Positions 1 to 9,846 are shown, numbered from the stretch's first letter. The stretch: DNA of 32,000 nucleotides from Candidatus Electronema aureum (GCA_004284765.1 NQJD01000002.1:150001-182000); one strand, 5' to 3'. Made by a program: numbers and translations. The notes: generated by a model not told the origin, from the sequence alone.

Positions 1-231
1 GGTATTTCTGCCAAAGGTTTTGACGGTAGCGGAAATTTTTCGATGGGTGTCAAAGAGCATATCATTTTTCCTGAGATCGATTATGATAAGATCGATAAAA
101 TCAGAGGAATGAATATCACCATCGTCACCAGTGCTAAGACAGATGACGAAAGCCGTGCCTTGCTGGCCATGTTGGGTATGCCATTCAGACAGCAGAAAAC
201 GGAAGAAAGCAAGAGTGGCATCAGCCAGTAA
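1..231 (+). CDS. rplE: 50S ribosomal protein L5 (uL5), C-terminal part; 5' end outside window
   Basis: Frame 1 is open from base 1 ([55 protein letters not shown]...), the conserved uL5 C-terminal half. It sits directly upstream of rpsN-rpsH, as in spc operons. Confidence 0.95.
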   Translation, partial: GISAKGFDGSGNFSMGVKEHIIFPEIDYDKIDKIRGMNITIVTSAKTDDESRALLAMLGMPFRQQKTEESKSGISQ

Positions 232-261
232 CGGTGTGAAAACTACAGCAGGAGATTTTCA

Positions 262-447
262 ATGGCAAAAAAATCATTAATTGCCAAGGCAGGACGAAAG
301 CAGAAATTTGAAGTACGCGCCTATAATCGGTGCAAGCTCTGCGGGCGGCCAAGAGGATATCTGAGAAAATTCGGCTGCTGCAGGCTCTGCTTCCGTAAAC
401 TTGCGTCGGAAGGCAAAGTTACGGGCGTGACCAAGTCAAGCTGGTAG
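262..447 (+). CDS. rpsN: 30S ribosomal protein S14, short zinc-binding type Z (61 aa)
   Basis: [48 protein letters not shown]...W is canonical type-Z S14 with CxxC...CxxC. GGAG lies upstream and the spc-operon position fits. Confidence 0.96.
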   Translation: MAKKSLIAKAGRKQKFEVRAYNRCKLCGRPRGYLRKFGCCRLCFRKLASEGKVTGVTKSSW

Positions 448-507
448 TATAGTCTGCCGGGGCCGGGTGTCAGGCAATTAACGCATATTTTTTAGAGGTA
501 AATTCGG

Positions 508-906
508 ATGTCTATGAGTGATCCGCTGGCGGATTTTCTGACCAGAATACGAAATGCTGTACGGGCAAATTTTGACACGGTAGAAATCCCGCAGTCAATG
601 CTGAAGGTGAGGGTAGCTGAAGTTCTGAAACAAGAAGGCTATATCACTGATTATCAGCTTGGCGACGAGGGTGTTCAAGGTACCATCAAAATTGAACTGA
701 AGTACGGCCCAAACAGAGAGCAGGTCATCACCGGCATCCGCCGGGTTTCTAAGCCAGGACTGCGGCAGTACAAAAAAAGTGAAGCTATCCCTAAAGTGAT
801 GAGCGGACTCGGCGTGGGCATACTGACTACCTCCAAGGGAGTGATTTCTGACCGCGAGGCAAGAAGGTTGCATGTCGGCGGGGAACTCCTCTGTGAAGTA
901 TGGTAG
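508..906 (+). CDS. rpsH: 30S ribosomal protein S8
   Basis: SDPLADFLTRIRNA... N-terminus and ...GGELLCEVW C-terminus are typical uS8. The start could be the ATG at 508 or at 514. Confidence 0.96.
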   Translation: MSMSDPLADFLTRIRNAVRANFDTVEIPQSMLKVRVAEVLKQEGYITDYQLGDEGVQGTIKIELKYGPNREQVITGIRRVSKPGLRQYKKSEAIPKVMSGLGVGILTTSKGVISDREARRLHVGGELLCEVW

Positions 907-934
907 CCGTTCGGCCAAAGAGGAGATATAAAAA

Positions 935-1483
935 ATGTCACGAATCGGAAAATCGCCTGTGGAGCTGCCAGGCGGAATCAAGGTAGAAATCCAAGGCACC
1001 CGGATTAAAGTTACCGGTAAAAAGGGAACTTTAGAGCGGACTGTGCGTCCAGAAATTGAAATCGAGCAGCAAGACAACCAACTGGTTTTTAAGCCCAAAG
1101 GCGGCGGTCGGCAGGTTTCAGCTTACTGGGGTCTGACTCGCACGTTGGTTAGAAATATGGTTGCCGGGGTGGATAAGGGTTTCGAGAAAGTGTTGGCAGT
1201 GGAAGGTGTAGGTTATCGCGCTGCGGTGGAAGGTTCCAAGTTAACATTGAATGTCGGCTATTCAGTTCCGGTTGAGTTCATGCTACCTGCTGGAATTGCT
1301 GCCGCTGTTGATAAGGCCAACAACATTACCGTTTCCGGCATCGACAAAGAGCAGGTTGGGCAGATCGCTGCAACAATTAGGGATATACGGAAACCTGAGC
1401 CATATAAAGGTAAGGGTATTCGCTATTCTGACGAACATATTGTGCGCAAAGCGGGTAAATCCGGCGGAAAGGGCAAAAAGTAA
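935..1483 (+). CDS. rplF: 50S ribosomal protein L6
   Basis: MSRIGKSPVELPGGIKV... and YKGKGIRYSDE motifs. GAGGAG RBS upstream. Operon order fits. Confidence 0.96.
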   Translation: MSRIGKSPVELPGGIKVEIQGTRIKVTGKKGTLERTVRPEIEIEQQDNQLVFKPKGGGRQVSAYWGLTRTLVRNMVAGVDKGFEKVLAVEGVGYRAAVEGSKLTLNVGYSVPVEFMLPAGIAAAVDKANNITVSGIDKEQVGQIAATIRDIRKPEPYKGKGIRYSDEHIVRKAGKSGGKGKK

Positions 1484-1526
1484 GTCTCCGGCTTTCAGGA
1501 TAACTCTAGGATGAAGTGAAGGCATC

Positions 1527-1892
1527 ATGGCAAAGCAAAGCATCAAACTGACAGCGCGGAACAAGCGGATCAAAAGAATACGCAAAAAGATCACCGGTAC
1601 ACCGGAGCGTCCGAGAATGCGTGTTTTTCGTAGTAATCGTCATATTTATGTACAGATTATCGACGACACTAAGCAGGCGACTCTTGTTTCAATGTCGACC
1701 GAAGATAAAGAATTCGATGCTTCCGACCTAAAGGGCAAGGTTGCTCAGGCCGGCAAAGTAGGCGAGATGGCAGCAAAACGTGCTCTCGCCGCCGGGATAG
1801 ACAAAGTCGTGTTCGACCGAGGTGGAAATTTGTTTCACGGTCGGATTAAGGCTCTTGCAGAAGGTGCCCGCCACGGCGGTTTAAATCTGTAA
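1527..1892 (+). CDS. rplR: 50S ribosomal protein L18
   Basis: [20 protein letters not shown] and [20 protein letters not shown] are uL18 signatures. Confidence 0.96.
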   Translation: MAKQSIKLTARNKRIKRIRKKITGTPERPRMRVFRSNRHIYVQIIDDTKQATLVSMSTEDKEFDASDLKGKVAQAGKVGEMAAKRALAAGIDKVVFDRGGNLFHGRIKALAEGARHGGLNL

Positions 1893-1925
1893 TCAGGAAT
1901 AAATTCAGTTGATCGGAGGTGTTTC

Positions 1926-2438
1926 TTGGCTGATTTCAAGCGTGCCAAAGAAGGCAATCAGGACGAGCTGATCGAAAAGATCGTCTATATCAACCGTGTT
2001 GCCAAAGTTGTAAAGGGCGGTCGTCGCTTTAGTTTTAGTGCGATAGTGGTTGTCGGCGACGGTAAGGGCAGAGTGGGACAAGGTCTCGGCAAAGCCAACC
2101 AAGTTCCTGAGGCTATACGGAAAGGCGTGGAGCGTGCTCGCAAGGACATGAAAAAGATTGCGTTGACCGAGGCATCCATTCCGCATTATATTGATGGCAA
2201 ATTCAAGTCCGGCAAGGTAATGTTGCGGCCTGCGTCCGATGGTACTGGCGTAATTGCTGGCGGACCTGTTCGTGCTGTGTTAGAAGCTGCCGGAGTGCAG
2301 AATATTCTAACCAAGTGTCAGGGATCCAACAATCCGCACAACATGGTCAAAGCGACTATGGACGGTCTGCGAAGACTGCGCTCTGTAGAGGATATCGCCA
2401 GACTGAGGGGTTTAGCTGCGGAAGAAATGGTGGCCTGA
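1926..2438 (+). CDS. rpsE: 30S ribosomal protein S5
   Basis: [36 protein letters not shown] is the uS5 core. TTG start at 1926 follows GGAGG at 1914-1918. Confidence 0.95.
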   Translation: MADFKRAKEGNQDELIEKIVYINRVAKVVKGGRRFSFSAIVVVGDGKGRVGQGLGKANQVPEAIRKGVERARKDMKKIALTEASIPHYIDGKFKSGKVMLRPASDGTGVIAGGPVRAVLEAAGVQNILTKCQGSNNPHNMVKATMDGLRRLRSVEDIARLRGLAAEEMVA

Positions 2439-2496
2439 GAGACCACCGGGCATCGGCTGCTGTAAGATGTTCTTTTTTACAACAACAGGTTGAATC

Positions 2497-2685
2497 ATGA
2501 GCGACACAGTGACGATAACCCAGGTCAAGAGCGGCATCGGCAGCACGGAGAAAATCCGCGCCACCCTGATCGGTCTGGGTTTGACCAAGATGCAAAAGAC
2601 GATCACCAGGAAAAATACTCCTGAGATTAGAGGAATGATAAGAAAAGTGCAACATCTGGTGCGGGTGGAGGAACAACAATGCTGA
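2497..2685 (+). CDS. rpmD: 50S ribosomal protein L30
   Basis: 62 aa, ITQVKSGIGSTEKIRATLIGLGL is uL30-like. Located between rpsE and rplO. Confidence 0.93.
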   Translation: MSDTVTITQVKSGIGSTEKIRATLIGLGLTKMQKTITRKNTPEIRGMIRKVQHLVRVEEQQC

Positions 2686-3122
2686 AGCTGAATAATCTTT
2701 CTCCGACCGAAGGTTCGCGTAGACAGAAAAAACGGATCGGTCGCGGCCAAGGCACAGGACACGGTAAAACCGCTGGTAAAGGCCATAAGGGTGCCAAAGC
2801 CCGCACGGGTTATTCTATGAAGGCAGGTTTCGAGGGTGGCCAAATGCCGCTGCACCGTCGTTTGCCTAAAGTGGGGTTCACCAACAAATTCAAGAAAGAA
2901 TATTTGATTGTCACCTTGTCTGACTTAGATCGTTTTGCGGCAGGCGCAGTAGTCAACCGTGACGCTCTATTGGCAGCGGGTTTGCTGAGTGACAAGGACA
3001 GCAGGCTGATCAAAGTGCTCGCCAATGGTGAAATCAGCAGAAGTGTAACTGTGGAAGCGGATAAAGTTAGCCAAGGGGCCAGAGAGAAGATTCTTGCTGC
3101 CGGAGGCTCTGTCAAGGAGTAG
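2679..3122 (+). CDS. rplO: 50S ribosomal protein L15
   Basis: MLKLNNLSP..GSRRQKKRIGRGQGTGHGKTAGKGHKG is canonical uL15. Overlaps the rpmD end by 7 nt. Confidence 0.96.
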   Translation: MLKLNNLSPTEGSRRQKKRIGRGQGTGHGKTAGKGHKGAKARTGYSMKAGFEGGQMPLHRRLPKVGFTNKFKKEYLIVTLSDLDRFAAGAVVNRDALLAAGLLSDKDSRLIKVLANGEISRSVTVEADKVSQGAREKILAAGGSVKE

Positions 3123-3126
3123 GTTT

Positions 3127-4434
3127 ATGAGTGGACTTGCCAGCGCAGCAAATATGCCCGAACTCCGCAAAAGAGCTATTTTTACTCTTTTGATGTTGTT
3201 GGTTTACCGAATGGGGGTGCAAATTCCCACGCCAGGTATTAACGGCGAGGCTCTGGCTGCGTTTTTTGCCCAAAATTCGGGTACGCTGTTCGGCATGTTC
3301 AACATGTTTTCCGGCGGTGCCTTAGAGAATTTTTCCATTTTCGCCCTTGGCATAATGCCTTACATCTCAGCTTCCATTATTATCCAGCTGCTGACAGTGG
3401 TTATTCCGCAGCTGGAAAGCTTGAAAAAAGAGGGGGCGGTTGGGCAGCGAAAAATAACCAAATATACTCGGTTAGGTACAGTCGGTTTGGCTTTGGTGCA
3501 GGGCTTTTTTATTGCTTCTGGGCTGGAAAACATGACTTCACCTACGGGTGTCCCTATTGTGCTACATCCGGGGCTAGAGTTTAAGCTGATGACTGTGCTA
3601 ACTTTAACCTCCGGCACTTCCTTCATCATGTGGCTGGGCGAGCAGATGACAGAACGGGGTATCGGCAACGGTATCTCCATGATCATTTATGCGGGTATTA
3701 TCGCCAGAATGCCGGCAGCCGTGGTGAATTCAATTCAGATTATTAAATCAGGTGAAATTCCGTTTATCGTTATTCCGTTGCTTCTGCTTATGATGTTTGC
3801 CGTAATCGCTTTGGTGGTATATTTTGAAACGGCGCAGCGAAGAATTCCGGTACAGTATGCTAAACGAGTGGTGGGTAGGCGAGTTTATGGTGGACAGGCA
3901 TCACATTTACCGCTGAAAATTAACATCGCTGGTGTTATTCCGCCTATTTTTGCTTCATCAATAATGATGTTCCCGGCCACTATCGGTAATTTCATTCAAA
4001 TTGATTGGGTGCAACGGGCTTCTGCGGCAATGTCACCAGGAACTATTTATTATTATCTTCTTGATGTTGGGATGATTGTTTTCTTCTGCTTTTTTTACAC
4101 GGCGGTTACATTCAATCCTGATGAAGTTGCAGAAAATCTGAAGAAAAATGGTGGATTCATTCCTGGTATTCGACCTGGGAAAAAATCGGCTGAGTTTATT
4201 GACAAGGTGCTGATTCGATTAACTGTGGTCGGTGCAGTATATTTGGCCGCTGTTTGTGTACTCCCGACCATTTTGGTCAGCAAATTTAACGTGCCGTTTC
4301 ACTTTGGCGGAACCGCTCTTCTGATCGTGGTGGGCGTGGCCATTGACACAATATCCAAAGTGCAGTCCCATCTCGTCATGCGCAACTATGAAGGCTTCAT
4401 GAAAAACGCCAAATTTAATAAAAGCGGGCGTTGA
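3127..4434 (+). CDS. secY: Preprotein translocase subunit SecY
   Basis: Multi-pass membrane protein with ELRKRAIFTLLMLLVYRMGVQIPTPGI and LGIMPYISASIIIQLL motifs. I prefer the ATG at 3127 (AAGGAG at 3113-3118) over the track's 3094 start. Confidence 0.95.
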   Translation: MSGLASAANMPELRKRAIFTLLMLLVYRMGVQIPTPGINGEALAAFFAQNSGTLFGMFNMFSGGALENFSIFALGIMPYISASIIIQLLTVVIPQLESLKKEGAVGQRKITKYTRLGTVGLALVQGFFIASGLENMTSPTGVPIVLHPGLEFKLMTVLTLTSGTSFIMWLGEQMTERGIGNGISMIIYAGIIARMPAAVVNSIQIIKSGEIPFIVIPLLLLMMFAVIALVVYFETAQRRIPVQYAKRVVGRRVYGGQASHLPLKINIAGVIPPIFASSIMMFPATIGNFIQIDWVQRASAAMSPGTIYYYLLDVGMIVFFCFFYTAVTFNPDEVAENLKKNGGFIPGIRPGKKSAEFIDKVLIRLTVVGAVYLAAVCVLPTILVSKFNVPFHFGGTALLIVVGVAIDTISKVQSHLVMRNYEGFMKNAKFNKSGR

Positions 4435-5223
4435 TTGGGCGGCGAGAAAGGAATCATTGTCAAGACTCCTGTCCAGATTGAGATCATGCGCCAAGCAAAT
4501 AGAATTGCCGCTGGTGCATTGAAGATGCTGGAGGAAAATATGTGTCCTGGCCTTACCACCATGCAAATGGATCGGTGGGCAGAAGAATATTGCCGGGATC
4601 ATGGAGCAGAACCAGCCTTTCGAGGATATAGGGGTTTTCCGGGCAATCTTTGTGTTTCGGTCAACGAGGTGGTAGTACACGGCATTGCCTCTAAAAAAAA
4701 TCGAGTGCGCGAAGGAGACATTGTCTCGATTGATTTTGGCACCTTATTTAAAGGTTTTTACGGTGATTCGGCAATAACCGTCCCAGTTGGGAATATCTCG
4801 GCAAAACACAAGCATCTATTGGACGTAACTCGGCAGGCATTAGAGCTGGGTATTCAACAAGTGCGGGTTGGTAATCGAATCGCCGATATTTCTAAGGCAA
4901 TTCAGAATCATGCAGAAAGCCACGGTTATTCGGTAGTACGAGAATTTGTTGGTCACGGCATTGGTTCTAATCTACATGAGGGACCAGAAGTTCCTAATTA
5001 TATTCAAAACGACAAACCTTCACCTCGGATTGTTGAGGGAATGGTGTTGGCCATTGAGCCAATGGTGAATGCCGGAACGCACAAGGTTAAAGTTCTAAAA
5101 GATGGCTGGACCGTGGTCACGGCTGATCGTAGGCTTTCGGCCCATTTTGAGCATTCGGTGGCAGCGACAGCAGCCGGACCACTTGTCTTGAGCAGGCGAG
5201 AAGGAGAAACTGTAGCAGCTTGA
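4435..5223 (+). CDS. map: Type I methionine aminopeptidase
   Basis: VVHGI, DIVSIDFG, EFVGHGIG, LAIEPM and HFEHSV metal-ligand blocks of MetAP-I. TTG start immediately follows the secY stop. Confidence 0.93.
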   Translation: MGGEKGIIVKTPVQIEIMRQANRIAAGALKMLEENMCPGLTTMQMDRWAEEYCRDHGAEPAFRGYRGFPGNLCVSVNEVVVHGIASKKNRVREGDIVSIDFGTLFKGFYGDSAITVPVGNISAKHKHLLDVTRQALELGIQQVRVGNRIADISKAIQNHAESHGYSVVREFVGHGIGSNLHEGPEVPNYIQNDKPSPRIVEGMVLAIEPMVNAGTHKVKVLKDGWTVVTADRRLSAHFEHSVAATAAGPLVLSRREGETVAA

Positions 5224-5265
5224 ACATTTTTTCGCTTGCAACTATTAATCTTGGATGGAAAAAAT

Positions 5266-5502
5266 ATGGCGAAAGAAGAAGCCATTGAAGTCGAAGGAAC
5301 AATCATTGAGCCATTGCCCAATGCAATGTTTCGGGTGGAGCTGGACAACGGACACAAAGTCTTGGCGCATATATCCGGCAAAATGCGGATGCATTATATC
5401 AAGATACTACCCGGTGACCGGGTGACGGTGGAGCTTTCTCCCTATGATTTGACTAGGGGCCGCGTGACCTTCCGCTCGAAGGGAGGCGGAAAAGGAAAAT
5501 GA
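5266..5502 (+). CDS. infA: Translation initiation factor IF-1 (short Gly/Lys C-terminal extension)
   Basis: [70 protein letters not shown] is canonical IF-1. The ATG at 5266 is preferred over the track's TTG at 5236. Confidence 0.95.
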   Translation: MAKEEAIEVEGTIIEPLPNAMFRVELDNGHKVLAHISGKMRMHYIKILPGDRVTVELSPYDLTRGRVTFRSKGGGKGK

Positions 5503-5534
5503 CAATCCTGTCAGAACGATAAGGAAACAAGGTT

Positions 5535-5648
5535 ATGAAAGTACGATCATCTGTCAAAAAAATATGCAGTGAGTGCAAGATTCATAAACGCAAAGGCGTT
5601 GTTCGGGTCACCTGCAAGAATGCAAAACACAAGCAGCGGCAGGGATAA
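5535..5648 (+). CDS. rpmJ: 50S ribosomal protein L36 (37 aa, zinc-ribbon form)
   Basis: Not in the ORF track (too short). My translation is [37 protein letters not shown], with stop TAA at 5646-5648. AAGGAAA lies upstream. It sits between infA and rpsM. Confidence 0.93.
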   Translation: MKVRSSVKKICSECKIHKRKGVVRVTCKNAKHKQRQG

Positions 5649-5690
5649 TTTTCTGCATAAGCAGCAATAGCGACGAAGAGGAGCAGGGTT

Positions 5691-6038
5691 TTGGCACGTA
5701 TATCAGGTGTGGACTTACCACGGAATAAGCATATGGACAGGGCGCTCACCTATATCTACGGTATAGGTTTGACTTCCGCCCGGAAAATTCTGGAAAAGGC
5801 TGATCTGCCGTACCAGATGAATTCTGACGATCTGAGCGGTGATGACGTGAATCGCATCAGATTGATAATTGAAGCCGAGTATGTCGTGGAAGGCGACAAG
5901 CGGCGTGAAGTAGCCATGGACATTAAACGTCTGGTCGATCTCGGTACCTATCGAGGCCGCCGTCATCGTCAAGGGCTTCCCTGTCGTGGGCAGCGGACCA
6001 AGACCAATGCTAGGACACGCAAGGGTCCCAAGCGCTGA
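5691..6038 (+). CDS. rpsM: 30S ribosomal protein S13
   Basis: [13 protein letters not shown]...[29 protein letters not shown] start follows GAGGAG at 5678-5683. Confidence 0.95.
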   Translation: MARISGVDLPRNKHMDRALTYIYGIGLTSARKILEKADLPYQMNSDDLSGDDVNRIRLIIEAEYVVEGDKRREVAMDIKRLVDLGTYRGRRHRQGLPCRGQRTKTNARTRKGPKR

Positions 6039-6104
6039 ACAGCAGGTTGACAAACATAAGAAAACACTTTTGCGAACAGCGGAAGTGCTTGACACGGAGC
6101 AGAA

Positions 6105-6521
6105 ATGGCAAAGGAGAAAAAAGGCACTGCCGACAGCAAGGGTAAAGGCAAAGTCGCCCGGCGTGAACGGAAGAATGTGCAGGAAGGAATAGTGTTTATT
6201 TATTCCACCTTTAACAACACGCTGGTGACGATTGCCGATAAGCTGGGCAATGTACTGTCTTGGTCTAGCGCGGGCGTTATCGGTTTCAAGGGGTCACGCA
6301 AATCAACTCCTTTTGCTGCCCAAAACGCGTTGAGCGATGCAGTTGCTAAGGCCAAGGAAACTGGGCTGCGCAAAGTTGAGATTCGGGTTAAAGGCCCTGG
6401 GCCGGGACGCGAATCTGCTCTGCGGGCTTTGAGTGGTACGGATTTAGAGATCAGCAAAATTGTTGATGTCACTCCGGTTCCGCACAACGGTTGCAAGCCG
6501 CCCAAACGTCGGCGCGTGTAG
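6105..6521 (+). CDS. rpsK: 30S ribosomal protein S11
   Basis: [42 protein letters not shown] and [13 protein letters not shown] are uS11 signatures. Confidence 0.96.
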   Translation: MAKEKKGTADSKGKGKVARRERKNVQEGIVFIYSTFNNTLVTIADKLGNVLSWSSAGVIGFKGSRKSTPFAAQNALSDAVAKAKETGLRKVEIRVKGPGPGRESALRALSGTDLEISKIVDVTPVPHNGCKPPKRRRV

Positions 6522-6524
6522 CAC

Positions 6525-6547
6525 AAAGCTGGAAAGCAGCTTTTTTT
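6525..6547 (+). terminator. Weak terminator-like or attenuator hairpin between rpsK and rpsD
   Basis: AAAGCTG (6525-6531) / loop GAAAG / CAGCTTT (6537-6543) running into a T-run to 6547. The stem is only 7 bp and A/T-rich. Confidence 0.35.
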
Positions 6548-6617
6548 GTACGGTCACTGCCAGCGCAGAGCTGATCGCAGCATAAAACCGATACCGATTA
6601 ATTTTTGGAGGAAATAA

Positions 6618-7250
6618 GTGGCCAGATACACCGGAGCTTCCTGTAGAATGTGCAGGCGCGAAAACCTAAAATTGTATTTAAAAGGCGAACGCTGCCATTC
6701 TGACAAATGCTCATTTGAACGCCGGGCTTTTGCGCCAGGTCAGCACGGACAGAACCAGTTTCGTAAAACTTCTGATTATGCTGTGCAGCTCCGCGAGAAG
6801 CAAAAGGTTAAGCACATGTATGGAATGCTGGAAAAACAATTCCGCAGATATTTTCATGAGGCTGACCGAGCTAAGGGCGTTACAGGCTACAATTTGCTGG
6901 CCATGTTGGAATTTCGTCTTGATAACGTAATTTACCGGCTCGGTTTTGCCAGTTCTCGAGATCAAGCGAGGCAACTGATTCGCCATAATCATTTTCAGGT
7001 CAGCGGCAGAAAAGCAGACATTCCTTCGTTCCAAGTGAAACTGGGCGATGTCGTTTCTCTCAAGGAAAAAAGCCGCAAAAACGCCATGATTCAGGAAAAC
7101 CTCGAAGATGCCTCTCGTAGAGGTGGGATACCGGCTTGGCTGGAATTGGACAAGACGAATTTTCAGGGTAAGGTTATGAGAGCACCTGTTCGGGATGAGA
7201 TTACCATGCCGATCAATGAGCATCTTATCGTCGAACTGTACTCCAAGTAA
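6618..7250 (+). CDS. rpsD: 30S ribosomal protein S4 (Cys-cluster form)
   Basis: MARYTGASCRMCRRENLKLYLKGERCHSDKCSFERR plus an S4 RNA-binding domain (LEFRLDNVIYRLGFA.SR.QARQLI.H). GTG start follows GGAGG. Confidence 0.95.
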   Translation: MARYTGASCRMCRRENLKLYLKGERCHSDKCSFERRAFAPGQHGQNQFRKTSDYAVQLREKQKVKHMYGMLEKQFRRYFHEADRAKGVTGYNLLAMLEFRLDNVIYRLGFASSRDQARQLIRHNHFQVSGRKADIPSFQVKLGDVVSLKEKSRKNAMIQENLEDASRRGGIPAWLELDKTNFQGKVMRAPVRDEITMPINEHLIVELYSK

Positions 7251-7268
7251 ACCAAGGGTAGGTGTCGC

Positions 7269-8324
7269 ATGGTGCAGGAAATCCGGGACGACAATCCCTT
7301 TTACAAGAATTGGCATAATTTGGTTATGCCGGAGCGGCTGGAAGTCGCCAAAAATAGCCATACGTCCAGATACGGCAAATTTGTTTGCCAGCCTTTGGAG
7401 CGTGGTTTTGCGGCGACCATCGGCAATTCCCTGCGCAGGATACTGCTGTCATCCATTCGGGGCGCGGCTATCACTTCGGTAAAAGTTGAAGGAGCGCAGC
7501 ACGAGTTCACGACTATTGATGGCGTGCATGAGGATGTTGCTGACATTATCCTGAATCTGAAGTTAGTCAGACCTAGGCTGCATTCCTCCGAGACTCGGAT
7601 TGCCTTCATCAAAAAGGTTGGGCCAGGTAGGGTAACAGCAGCGGACATCGATGGCGGTCCGGGTGTGGAAATTATGAACCCGGAGCAGCATATCTGCACC
7701 GTGACCGGAGAAAATGCCTCGTTTCAGGCCGAATTAGAGATTCAGTGGGGCAAGGGCTATGTAACGGCGGAGTGGAATAAAAAAGAGGATCAGCCGATTG
7801 GCATGATTCCTTTGGATGCTGCTTTTTCGCCGGTGCGCAGAATTCAGTACGTGGTGAGTCAAGCCCGTGTCGGTCAGCACACCGATTATGACCGTTTGAC
7901 CATAGAAATTGAGACAGATGGTTCTGTTCTGCCGGAGAACGCGCTTGCTTATGCAGCCAAAATCCTCAAGGAGCAGATGACAGTCTTCATCAACTTCAAC
8001 GAGCAAGAGGCTTCTGCTCCTGAACGACTGAAGGGTGATGGCGATGGCGCGGACGGCTTCCCGGCTTTCTTGGACAAAAATGTCGAGGACTTGGAACTGT
8101 CAGTGCGTTCGGCTAACTGCCTGAAGAATGCCGATATTCAGTACATCGGCCAGTTAGTGCAGAAAACTGATGCTGAGATGCTGAAAACCAAGAACTTTGG
8201 CCGCAAGTCGCTCAATGAAATCAAGGCATTGCTTTCTCAGCATAATTTAACCCTTAATATGAATCTTGAGGGTTGGATTCCGCCTGACGAGCGTGAACGG
8301 GAAAGAAGCTACGAGGAAGAATAG
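7269..8324 (+). CDS. rpoA: DNA-directed RNA polymerase subunit alpha
   Basis: [37 protein letters not shown] in the N-terminal domain, and [21 protein letters not shown]...[15 protein letters not shown] in the C-terminal domain. Confidence 0.96.
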   Translation: MVQEIRDDNPFYKNWHNLVMPERLEVAKNSHTSRYGKFVCQPLERGFAATIGNSLRRILLSSIRGAAITSVKVEGAQHEFTTIDGVHEDVADIILNLKLVRPRLHSSETRIAFIKKVGPGRVTAADIDGGPGVEIMNPEQHICTVTGENASFQAELEIQWGKGYVTAEWNKKEDQPIGMIPLDAAFSPVRRIQYVVSQARVGQHTDYDRLTIEIETDGSVLPENALAYAAKILKEQMTVFINFNEQEASAPERLKGDGDGADGFPAFLDKNVEDLELSVRSANCLKNADIQYIGQLVQKTDAEMLKTKNFGRKSLNEIKALLSQHNLTLNMNLEGWIPPDERERERSYEEE

Positions 8325-8388
8325 CCTTTTTCGCTGCATCTTGCCGTTGCATTGACATTTTGCTTTTTCGACAGATAAGGACAGAAGA

Positions 8389-8790
8389 ATGAGACATAGA
8401 AACGCGGGCAGAAAACTAAACAGAACTAGTGCGCACCGCTTGGCCATGCTGCGCAATATTGTGACTTCTCTGCTCGAACATGAGCGCATCGTCACCACCT
8501 TGCCCAAGGCCAAGGAAGTCCGCCGAGAGGCAGAAAAAATGATAACTCTCGGTAAACGTGGCGATCTTCATGCCCGGCGGCAGGCTTTGGCTTACGTGCG
8601 TTCACGAGATATCGTGGCCAAGCTCTTTGATAAGCTCAGTCCACAGTATGCAGATCGTCAGGGTGGCTATACCCGTATCATCCGTACCGGTGTTCGTCCA
8701 GGTGATGCAGCCCCGATGGCTTTGATCGAGCTGGTGGATTATGAGCTGCCAACCCAACAGCAAGCGGAAGAGAGCAAAGACGGAGAGTAA
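8389..8790 (+). CDS. rplQ: 50S ribosomal protein L17
   Basis: [23 protein letters not shown]...[13 protein letters not shown]...EKMITLGK is canonical bL17. Confidence 0.96.
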   Translation: MRHRNAGRKLNRTSAHRLAMLRNIVTSLLEHERIVTTLPKAKEVRREAEKMITLGKRGDLHARRQALAYVRSRDIVAKLFDKLSPQYADRQGGYTRIIRTGVRPGDAAPMALIELVDYELPTQQQAEESKDGE

Positions 8791-8821
8791 AACGTCAGTC
8801 TTTTTTGTTGTAAAAATAAAT

Positions 8822-8870
8822 GGTTAGGCCGGCTTGATGATTATTCTTTCATCTAACCGGCCTTTTCTTT
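8822..8870 (+). terminator. Possible rho-independent terminator after rplQ
   Basis: AGGCCGG (8826-8832) pairs with CCGGCCT (8857-8863). An inner GATGA/TCATC helix is also possible. A T-rich tail TTTTCTTT follows. The structure is imperfect and the loop is large. Confidence 0.4.
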
Positions 8871-8873
8871 GCC

Positions 8874-9641
8874 ATGATTGAAGATCTTCAGCAGTTATCC
8901 CTTTCTGGGCCAGAAATCGAAACAAAGCCTTTTCGCTTTCGCTGTCATACCGGGGTAAGCTGTTTTCTTACGTGCTGTCGCCAAGTTGAATTGCGGCTTT
9001 TTCCCTATGACGTGCTGCGGCTGAAAGAACATCTTTTGCTCGGCTCAACAGAATTTTTAGAGCAGCACACCCGGCTGGGTGTGGGGGCGCATCCTTTTTT
9101 TCCAGCGGTGATGCTTAACATGAAGGCCAGTGAAGGGCATCCCTGTCCCTTTCTGGCTGCCAGCGGTTGCTCGGTTTATCATGCTCGGCCATCTGCTTGC
9201 CGTACCTATCCTTTAGAAAGGGCAGTGGAAAAGACTTCTAATAATGGCAATCTTCAAAGTCGTTACTTCCTGACCCAGCATTCCTATTGCCAAGGACATC
9301 AAGAAGAGCATTTTTACACGGTCAAGCTATGGGAGCGCGAGCAACGGCTGACCGAGCATAATCTCTTTAATGATCTTTGGGCCGAGGTCGATGCATTTTT
9401 CGCTACCAATCCTTGGCAAAGTGAAGGAAAAGCCGGTCCGCTTCAGCAGCTAGCCTTCATGGTTTGCTACAATATCGATGTCTTCCGAGCTTACACCCGC
9501 CAGCACAATTTGCTTGCCGGTTTTCGGTTGGAGCGCGACCGCCGTAGAAGGATTGAGCAGGATGACAGTGAGTTGCTCAAATTTGGTTTTGATTGGCTGC
9601 TGCATGTGTTGGGCAATCGGCGTACATTGAATCCTCGTTAA
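8874..9641 (+). CDS. YkgJ-family (UPF0153, CxxCxxCC-type) cysteine-cluster protein
   Basis: FRFRCHTGVSCFLTCC near the N-terminus and HPCPFLAASGCSVYHARPSACRTYP match the YkgJ-family Zn/Fe-chelating pattern as I remember it. No Shine-Dalgarno precedes the ATG at 8874, so the start is uncertain. Confidence 0.7.
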   Translation: MIEDLQQLSLSGPEIETKPFRFRCHTGVSCFLTCCRQVELRLFPYDVLRLKEHLLLGSTEFLEQHTRLGVGAHPFFPAVMLNMKASEGHPCPFLAASGCSVYHARPSACRTYPLERAVEKTSNNGNLQSRYFLTQHSYCQGHQEEHFYTVKLWEREQRLTEHNLFNDLWAEVDAFFATNPWQSEGKAGPLQQLAFMVCYNIDVFRAYTRQHNLLAGFRLERDRRRRIEQDDSELLKFGFDWLLHVLGNRRTLNPR

Positions 9642-9846
9642 AAACTAAACCATCGCTTTCTTTTCCGCACTTTAACAGGATATGCTTGCTGTTCTGTATT
9701 GTTTGTGGTAAGTAACAAAGTTTTACCAATAGCCCTGAGCTTGATTTAGGGGGCATTTCATCACACACACTCTGTCATCGTCCCTTGGTGTTCCTTAACA
9801 GGAATCGGACATTGGAGTGGAGGAAACAACCATAAAAGGAGCACAA

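Noticed and set aside
6711-7361. 216-aa minus-strand ORF antisense to rpsD
   Set aside because: Antisense shadow of a highly conserved r-protein gene, with no RBS or family resemblance. The same reasoning applies to 595-1098(-), 10952-11557(-), 15221-15733(-), 16768-17499(-) and 18947-19477(-).
9727-9740. CCAATAGCCCTG upstream of rpsB resembles the CCAATAGCCTGT unit of the 20.8-kb repeat array
   Set aside because: It is a single copy with an indel and no phasing partner, so it is most likely coincidence.
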